Source: Bacteroidetes bacterium UBA3022
GTDB lineage: Bacteria; Bacteroidota; Bacteroidia; Chitinophagales; BACL12
Direction: 5' to 3'
Assembly (NCBI GenBank): GCA_002346225.1
Contig: DDYY01000056.1
Coordinates: forward strand, 11,132 to 75,131
Length of the DNA stretch: 64,000 nucleotides
Shown here: piece by piece, positions 57,775 to 64,000 of the stretch
Layout of the letters: every line of letters begins with the position of its first letter
How positions within the stretch are numbered: the first letter of the stretch is position 1
The notes under the pieces: generated by a model
What the model saw: only the letters and a program-made list of their open reading frames with translations
The model's database searches: none
What the model was told of the DNA's origin: nothing
Program-made: the position numbers and the translations under genes

Positions 57775-58662
57775 TCAGGCTCCGGGGAAATACCGAAGGT
57801 ATACACGGAGGCGTTTGAAATTGGTAACGCGCATTACAAACAGGAAATTGAGAATGACACCTGTCAACACGATACCCATCCCAAGGTAACCTGTTAGGCT
57901 GTATTGTTCCCGAAAGAGGATGATACTGAAAAGGATGGCAAAGACAATTCCCAGGTAAGTGTAAGGCGTTATAACCAATGCCTCAGCCATCTGATAGGCG
58001 CGCGTGAGATATACTTGTGCAATTTGCGTGAGCACTCCCACAGCTATCAACAATAGCCATTCCTGACCAACAGGCATTACCCAGTTAGCCACAGCAAAGG
58101 GTGTAATCACAGGAATAGTAACCAGGGGCAGATAAAATACCACGACCAGAGCATGTTCCGTCTCTCCTGCTTTTCGAACCGCGTTGTAGGCAAAGCCCGA
58201 AAGCGCAGCGGCCAGGATGCCCAGCAACAATAAAGAGGTCGGGAATTCCGGATTAAATCCCCGGATTAATACAATTCCACAAAAGGAAAGCAACATAAAT
58301 GCCCATTGCTGCCAGCGAATCTGCTCTTTAAGAAGAAAAGCGGCAAACAAGACCGTAAACAAGGGTGCCAGGTATTGTACGGTGACAGCAGTAGCCAGCG
58401 GCAGGCGTTGTAGCGTATAAAAATATATCAGCAATGCTGCTGAACCGGCAATTCCACGCATTATAAGGTAGAGATAACTCCCTCTGCCAAAAGGAAATAT
58501 CTTTAATCTCAGCAATAAGGCCAGCGAAAGCACAAATGAAATAATCGAGCGAAAGAGGACAATTTCATAGCTGGGAATGCCGGGTAGTAATTTGATACAC
58601 ACATTCATCAGTGCAAAGAACACTGTAGATAGCAAAACAAAGGAAATGGCCTTACCTGACAC
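57775..58662 (-). CDS. DMT-superfamily (EamA-type) transporter
   Basis: Ten hydrophobic helices arranged as two EamA repeats. The GTG at 58662 is preferred because the TTG at 58677 sits upstream of the TAnnTTTG box at 58667-58674. The start remains uncertain. Confidence 0.75.
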   Translation of the reverse strand: MSGKAISFVLLSTVFFALMNVCIKLLPGIPSYEIVLFRSIISFVLSLALLLRLKIFPFGRGSYLYLIMRGIAGSAALLIYFYTLQRLPLATAVTVQYLAPLFTVLFAAFLLKEQIRWQQWAFMLLSFCGIVLIRGFNPEFPTSLLLLGILAAALSGFAYNAVRKAGETEHALVVVFYLPLVTIPVITPFAVANWVMPVGQEWLLLIAVGVLTQIAQVYLTRAYQMAEALVITPYTYLGIVFAILFSIILFREQYSLTGYLGMGIVLTGVILNFLFVMRVTNFKRLRVYLRYFPGA

Positions 58663-58666
58663 GCCG

Positions 58667-58674
58667 CAAAGGTA
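58667..58674 (-). promoter_or_regulatory. Bacteroidota -7 box (TAnnTTTG, minus strand)
   Basis: Plus-strand caaaggta is tacctttg on the minus strand, 4 nt upstream of the GTG at 58662. Confidence 0.35.
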
Positions 58675-58804
58675 CAATTTTCAAGAGGCGAATAATATCT
58701 TTCGGAAGGCACAAATCAGGCACGAAATGTGAAATAGTATTAAAAATTGCGTCATTAGACAAAATCTTCTTTACTTAACGTTTGATATAAAACAGACCTC
58801 AAAT

Positions 58805-60412
58805 ATGTTCCGTAAATCAATCTTTTCCCTACTGATCGTTTTTCTTATTGGAGGAAGCCTCCAGGCACAGACGGAAACTGCTCCGTTAACCCTCAGTGAA
58901 GCTCAGGTAAAACTCGACAGGTTTTTACAACTCGTAGAATCCAAATACCTGGAAGATGTGGATGCTGGAAAGCTGGTCGAGGATGCTATTAATGCCATTC
59001 TGGAAGAATTGGATCCTCACTCTGTCTACTTTACAGCCGATGAGTTACAGCAAGCCAACGAGCCACTGGAAGGTAATTTTGAAGGTATAGGCATCCAGTT
59101 TAACATTCTGAAAGATACCATCATCGTGGTCAATACCATCTCCGGTGGCCCATCAGAAAGGGTTGGAATCAGAAGCGGTGACAAAATTATTGTGATAGAA
59201 GGCGAAAATGTGGCAGGTAAGGAAATCACCAACAAAGATGTTACTGACCGCCTCAGAGGAAAAAAGGGCACTAAGGTCAATGTGGAAATCCAGAGAAAAG
59301 GGGTCAACAAGCCGCTCGATTTTGTTATCACACGGGATGTTATCCCTCTGTATAGTGTTGATGCCTCCTATATGGCCGCCCCTGAAACGGGCTATATTCG
59401 GGTAAGTAAGTTCGCTTCAACTACGGTTGACGAATTCCGCAAGGCCACTGCCGAACTCAAAGCTGAGGGCATGGAAAACCTCATCCTCGACCTGCGTGGA
59501 AACGGTGGCGGTTATCTCAATGCGGCCATTGATCTGGCCGATGAATTTCTGCCGGCAGGAAAACTGATTGTATACACAGATGGCAGAGCCTACCCGAGGC
59601 AAGACGCTTATGCAACTTCCTTTGGAAAAATGCAGGAAGGAAAAGTTATTGTCCTGATTGATGAAGGGTCCGCATCGGCAAGTGAAATTGTTTCAGGTGC
59701 GCTGCAGGATTGGGACCGTGCGTTGATTATCGGTAGAAGATCATTCGGAAAAGGTTTGGTGCAAAGACCTTACAACCTTACCGACGGATCTGCAGTCCGC
59801 CTCACAGTATCCCGTTATTATACTCCTTCCGGACGTTCCATCCAAAAACCTTACGATGAAGGGATTGAAGCTTATCACAATGAGCTGAACGAAAGATTGT
59901 CTGATGGTGAATTGACTGCTGACCATGCAGTAGCTTTCCCCGATTCTTTAAAATACTTTACTAGCGCTAAAAGAGTCGTTTACGGCGGTGGTGGCATTAT
60001 GCCGGATATTTATATTCCGCTGGATACAACATGGTCTACTGATTATTACGCCAATGTTGTTGGAAAAGGGATTGTCAATCAGTTTACCCTTACCTGGTTA
60101 GATGGCGTAAGGAATGACCTGGAAAAGAGCTATGCTACACCGGAACAGTTTCGCGATAAGTTTACCATATCACAAAGCCTTTGGGATGAATTCATCGCCT
60201 ATGCTGAGTCAGAGGAAGTTCCCTTCGATCAGGAAGGTTTTGATGTTTGTAAAGATCGTCTGGATTTGATCATGCGCTCTACTATTGCCCGTAACCTGTT
60301 CGATTTTGAAGCCTTCTGGATAGTGTACAACACAGGTGATGACGCCTACCTGAAAGCACTGGAAGCGCTGAATGACAATACATTCAAAAAGATGAATATT
60401 GCTGAGAAATAA
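58805..60412 (+). CDS. S41-family C-terminal processing (tail-specific) peptidase with a PDZ domain
   Basis: Signal peptide. PDZ segment GIGIQF...GGPSERVGIRSGDKIIVIEG. LDLRGNGGGYL. Catalytic SASASEI (Ser) and FGKGLVQ (Lys). Confidence 0.9.
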   Translation: MFRKSIFSLLIVFLIGGSLQAQTETAPLTLSEAQVKLDRFLQLVESKYLEDVDAGKLVEDAINAILEELDPHSVYFTADELQQANEPLEGNFEGIGIQFNILKDTIIVVNTISGGPSERVGIRSGDKIIVIEGENVAGKEITNKDVTDRLRGKKGTKVNVEIQRKGVNKPLDFVITRDVIPLYSVDASYMAAPETGYIRVSKFASTTVDEFRKATAELKAEGMENLILDLRGNGGGYLNAAIDLADEFLPAGKLIVYTDGRAYPRQDAYATSFGKMQEGKVIVLIDEGSASASEIVSGALQDWDRALIIGRRSFGKGLVQRPYNLTDGSAVRLTVSRYYTPSGRSIQKPYDEGIEAYHNELNERLSDGELTADHAVAFPDSLKYFTSAKRVVYGGGGIMPDIYIPLDTTWSTDYYANVVGKGIVNQFTLTWLDGVRNDLEKSYATPEQFRDKFTISQSLWDEFIAYAESEEVPFDQEGFDVCKDRLDLIMRSTIARNLFDFEAFWIVYNTGDDAYLKALEALNDNTFKKMNIAEK

Positions 60413-60426
60413 ATAAGAATAAAAGC

Positions 60427-60462
60427 AAAAAAAAGCCCGGTCATTGAAACCGGGCTTTTTTT
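60427..60462. terminator. Bidirectional rho-independent terminator
   Basis: A8 tract (60427-60434), stem gcccgg (60435-60440) / ccgggc (60450-60455), T7 tract (60456-60462). It lies between convergent genes. Confidence 0.8.
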
Positions 60463-60467
60463 ATTGC

Positions 60468-63400
60468 TTATCTAGCTATATACATTTTACCTATTCCACT
60501 TTCGAAGTATTGATCAGTACCTGTGTTGTAATTATCGAGCCCAACTCCATTGAGCTTGGCCACTACCCTGTACAGGTATAAACCATTACCCACCGGATCG
60601 CCGAACTTATCTGTGCCGTCCCATGCAAAGGTGGTGATGTTATTTCCAATGCGGATGGGGCCTAGTTCAGGTCCGAGTATCTCTCTGATTACTTTACCAC
60701 TTACTGTCAGTATCTGAATTTTAAAGTATTCCGGCACCTCGCTACCTGTCAGCGTAAATACAAAGCGGGTCTGAGTGGTGAAAGGATTGGGATAGGTCAG
60801 TACATTACTGATCATCGGTTTGTTGATTACCTCAAAACCAATCCGATACTCGATACCGCCACCTACCAGGTTTCCACTGGCATCCTGTCCACTAATCAGC
60901 AACTCATAAAGTCCATCTTGTTCGAGGATAGGATTCAGTTCCACCCGGGCAACATTACTTTCTGCGAGACTGGCAGTATCAGCAGGATAAAATCGCATTA
61001 TGACATCGTCAAATGCCAGCTCAATTTCTGTTCCATCCGGATAGCGCAGGGAAATATCCAGAAGACTGGTATCATTCAAGGCAAGAAACGTATTCTCATC
61101 TTTGAGGGAAATCAGGATATTGGGCTTGGCAGAAACAATATCCCCATCCAGAATATGTACACCATCGAAGGTGACATCCAACAATGGGTCTGAAGCGTCT
61201 CCTAAGATTCGGAAAGGCAGGTAACCGATATTATTAAAATGATATTGCTCGGGCTGATCGTTCGCCGGGTTTACTTCCACAATTAAGACAGCTGCTCCGG
61301 AGGGTAAGGTGCGTGTATCTACATCAACTGTGCTAATGAGTCTTCCATTGGCCAGCAGAGAGTCCTGTCTAGGATAGTTGATCGGGTGCAGTCCATTGGC
61401 CGCATCTTTAACGGTATATTGGATTAATAGACTATCCATATCCCATTGGCTCACATTGTCTATGGCAACCTGCAGCTGCAACATGGAGCCCTGGGTCAGT
61501 GTGTCATCAATAAAGTTAAAAGCCGCACTGGCATTCAAAGCAGCTTCCGGAACAGGCGTATAAACAACCCTCCAATACGCCAATTGAGCAGGTGTCCGGA
61601 GTGAATCGTCGAATGAATAAGTCCTTAACTTCAAAAATGGATAGGCGATCGGATCAATCCAGTCAAGTGTTGTATCGCCCGATAATAATCCGGATGCCAA
61701 TACAGTTTCCATACCGAAGTAATCCACACCTATGAACTCCACAAATGCACTATCTACCCCTGCAGCATCAAACGCCTGGTAATCCCAGTATGCTTTGTCC
61801 CATCCGTTGGCAGGACCTATCAGCTCAGAGGTATAGGATCCCTCGTCCCAAAGTCCGGGAATATTTACCTCTGCGTCAATCTTGTTGCCAATGGTATCGC
61901 CTATAACTTCAAAGGCAGTAGAGATATCGCCCTTTTTAGCAAAGAAGATATAAGACCTGTCGGCATCGTAGGTAGAGAGCGAGGTAATCATACTTGCGCC
62001 ATAAGTTGTAAAGGCGTCAAAAAGACTTGTACCTCCTGTAGATAAAGTATCATCCAGCCATTCGTTAAACTTTGGATAGTTATTACTGTAGCATAGAAAA
62101 TAATGACCATCCGGAACAGTATCCATCATGAAATTGTAGAGCGTAGTTCTAGAATCCAGGCTGTTGGTATTGAATTGAATCATCCGCTCATAAGGATCGC
62201 TGCTGCAATACAGGTCACCATAAGGTCCGAAACCACTATCCCCTACTTCACTTACCTCCCACGAATATCCACTGATGGGGTCGATAACAAATACTACAAA
62301 TCCATTACTGGCGCAGGAACCAACGGCTATATTTTCTCCATTGATATAGCTGGTAACTTCCGTCCAGTCTGTCACCGGATAGATTCCCGTAGCAACCTGA
62401 TAATTCACAAAATTGGTTACAAAATCGAAGGTCCTGTCATCATCTACCTCCGTATTGCTATAAGCATTGTCTAAATACTGGAAGTAGTGGCTTTGGTTCC
62501 ACCCGATTTCATCACCCGGCTGGTACATGAAGGAACTGTTGCGCCAGAGGTAATCATCTAGATCAGCTGTGGTATCTACACTCACCCGCCAGTAATATAC
62601 CTTATTGGGTATCCAGGTAATTGATGGAGATTCCCATTTCAACACACCACCGGATTGAACGATGGTCTTCGATTGCAGTAAAGGACTATTGAACATTTGG
62701 GTAGTATCAATCTGCATGATGTACTGATTTACACCTGCAAACGGATTGGAAGTGGAGGCAGCCAGATAGCCGGGAGGCTCATTAATCAGTGCAAACTCAT
62801 AAGGATAAATCGGAACGGCATCGTCGCCCAAAATGAGCTCGGTTCTATTGATGATATTGTTCCATTCTGCCAGTTCGGCAATAGAATCACCTTTATCGAC
62901 CTCAATAACAAATGAATTCAATCCTGTACCTGAGATGGCATCGGTAAAGAAGGTAAGCGATACAGTATCCCTGAACATCGCTGCCCGCAGTGTTTGAGAC
63001 ACTTCCTCCTGTGTACCATCGGACTTGGTGCGAATCACACTTACCGTATAATTGCGATCAACTGCTTTACCGATGTTAGTCACGACCACATTAACGGTAA
63101 AACTATCCTCGGCTGTAGTAACAATCTCCGGTTCAAAATAGACATATGGCTCTTCAATCACATAATCCGGCTCAGCATGCGTATAGAGCTTCAGGGATGG
63201 ATCCCCCTGAAGTGTCGTATGCATAGTGGTAAGCAGGTCGTAGATATTTTCGAAGTCTGCAATATATGCTGAGGTAGCCTGCATCACATCGCCTAACCCT
63301 TTATTATAGTTCTCCCGGGCTAACTCTACATAAAAACGCTGGCCGTAATTATTGAGACTACCGGCAAGTGAGAAAGTCGTTGCAGCGATAAATCCGATGG

Positions 63401-64000
63401 AAGCTTTTCCCTCCGTATTGATGTATTTTTCACCGAGGGTAACAGTAGCATCAAATATCGCAGCCGTATTACAACCGTTTCCAAAAATCACATTGTACTT
63501 TCCGTGATTTGAAAATTCGTCGGGGTCACCGATATTATAATCAAATGAACCTGTAGTAGAATGGCCGAAAAAGGTAATGAGCGAAACACCGCTGTTGATA
63601 ATGGAATCTATATAGTCAGAAGTTTCGTAGAATATGGGGTCTGTAGTTATCTTATTGAACTGCGTAACCTTGGCGCCGAATAAGGTATCCCCGATTATGT
63701 TTCCATAGCTTGTTAGATAGGCGTTGAATAGATTCTGCTCGTATTCATTTAGTCCACCTGCAAAATGAAGGACATTTTTCATCCAGGCTTTGTCCGCAAT
63801 GGTTTGTTCCCCGGTCACTTGCGCTAATTCAAACTCTGTTACCTTGTCGTAATAACGCCTTACTTCATCGCCGCTATAGGCAACCAGCCTTCCTGTGGGA
63901 ATCAGTGGGATATAAGTTCCGGGCCTTGCAGTCAGCAACAGATCAGAACCAGGGCTTCCGAAGGTTGGAACGTAATTGGCTGCATAGATGGTAGTACTAT
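60468..64000 (-). CDS. Very large C25-like (gingipain-fold) cysteine peptidase with a FlgD-Ig/T9SS-like C-terminal domain; N-terminus outside the window
   Basis: The frame stays open from the TTG at 63938 to base 64000, so the gene continues beyond the window. Putative catalytic dyad ITFFGHSTTG (His codon 63561-63563) and FGNGCNTAA (Cys codon 63471-63473) are 30 residues apart, as in C25 peptidases. The C-terminal segment is TYPNPFTTQTRFVFTL...ITTFAWDGTDKFGDPVGNGLYLYRVVA. Confidence 0.65.
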   Translation of the reverse strand, partial: STTIYAANYVPTFGSPGSDLLLTARPGTYIPLIPTGRLVAYSGDEVRRYYDKVTEFELAQVTGEQTIADKAWMKNVLHFAGGLNEYEQNLFNAYLTSYGNIIGDTLFGAKVTQFNKITTDPIFYETSDYIDSIINSGVSLITFFGHSTTGSFDYNIGDPDEFSNHGKYNVIFGNGCNTAAIFDATVTLGEKYINTEGKASIGFIAATTFSLAGSLNNYGQRFYVELARENYNKGLGDVMQATSAYIADFENIYDLLTTMHTTLQGDPSLKLYTHAEPDYVIEEPYVYFEPEIVTTAEDSFTVNVVVTNIGKAVDRNYTVSVIRTKSDGTQEEVSQTLRAAMFRDTVSLTFFTDAISGTGLNSFVIEVDKGDSIAELAEWNNIINRTELILGDDAVPIYPYEFALINEPPGYLAASTSNPFAGVNQYIMQIDTTQMFNSPLLQSKTIVQSGGVLKWESPSITWIPNKVYYWRVSVDTTADLDDYLWRNSSFMYQPGDEIGWNQSHYFQYLDNAYSNTEVDDDRTFDFVTNFVNYQVATGIYPVTDWTEVTSYINGENIAVGSCASNGFVVFVIDPISGYSWEVSEVGDSGFGPYGDLYCSSDPYERMIQFNTNSLDSRTTLYNFMMDTVPDGHYFLCYSNNYPKFNEWLDDTLSTGGTSLFDAFTTYGASMITSLSTYDADRSYIFFAKKGDISTAFEVIGDTIGNKIDAEVNIPGLWDEGSYTSELIGPANGWDKAYWDYQAFDAAGVDSAFVEFIGVDYFGMETVLASGLLSGDTTLDWIDPIAYPFLKLRTYSFDDSLRTPAQLAYWRVVYTPVPEAALNASAAFNFIDDTLTQGSMLQLQVAIDNVSQWDMDSLLIQYTVKDAANGLHPINYPRQDSLLANGRLISTVDVDTRTLPSGAAVLIVEVNPANDQPEQYHFNNIGYLPFRILGDASDPLLDVTFDGVHILDGDIVSAKPNILISLKDENTFLALNDTSLLDISLRYPDGTEIELAFDDVIMRFYPADTASLAESNVARVELNPILEQDGLYELLISGQDASGNLVGGGIEYRIGFEVINKPMISNVLTYPNPFTTQTRFVFTLTGSEVPEYFKIQILTVSGKVIREILGPELGPIRIGNNITTFAWDGTDKFGDPVGNGLYLYRVVAKLNGVGLDNYNTGTDQYFESGIGKMYIAR

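Noticed and set aside
60468-64000. Calling the C25-like protein PorU (the T9SS sortase)
   Set aside because: The catalytic dyad lies far towards the N-terminus relative to what I recall for PorU. About 990 residues follow the Cys. No porV gene is adjacent. It is kept as a generic C25-like peptidase pending an HMM test.
1-64000. Search for CRISPR arrays, IS elements or transposases, integrases, tRNA or rRNA genes, and long direct or inverted repeats
   Set aside because: None was recognised by eye. Intergenic regions are short (at most 288 bp) and are explained by promoters and terminators. A computational repeat and tRNA scan (tRNAscan-SE, Infernal/Rfam, a CRISPR finder) would be needed to exclude small elements.

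Overview
This is a 64-kb chromosomal segment from a Bacteroidota genome. It is densely coding: I call 58 CDS. I recognised no rRNA, tRNA, CRISPR array, transposase, integrase or phage gene. Four things support the phylum call: a fused lpxC-fabZ gene, several T9SS type-A C-terminal sorting domains (..FPNPA..), a PorX-type receiver-PglZ regulator, and TAnnTTTG -7 promoter boxes just upstream of many start codons. Most of the content is housekeeping: ppk1-ppx, purM-like, rocD, a lipid A operon (HD-lpxD-lpxC/fabZ-lpxA), tsaE, secG, miaB, lepB, rlmH, pgi, sucC, M16 and S41 peptidases. This is interleaved with cell-surface genes: a TonB-dependent receptor flanked by two paralogous T9SS cargo proteins, an M43 metalloprotease, and a giant C25-like peptidase that runs off the 3' end of the window. 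The most interesting locus is a tightly overlapping operon at about 36.4-39.1 kb. It encodes a lipoprotein, a soluble VTC-domain (triphosphate-tunnel, polyphosphate-polymerase-like) protein, a DUF4956-type inner-membrane protein, a DUF2490-type outer-membrane barrel and a small lipoprotein. A YceI / beta-barrel / YceI-like trio lies upstream and a degenerate HemF-like protein downstream. I read it as a candidate envelope-spanning, uncharacterised second polyphosphate system alongside the canonical PPK1-PPX in the same window. All functional calls come from motif recognition by eye. No database search was run.
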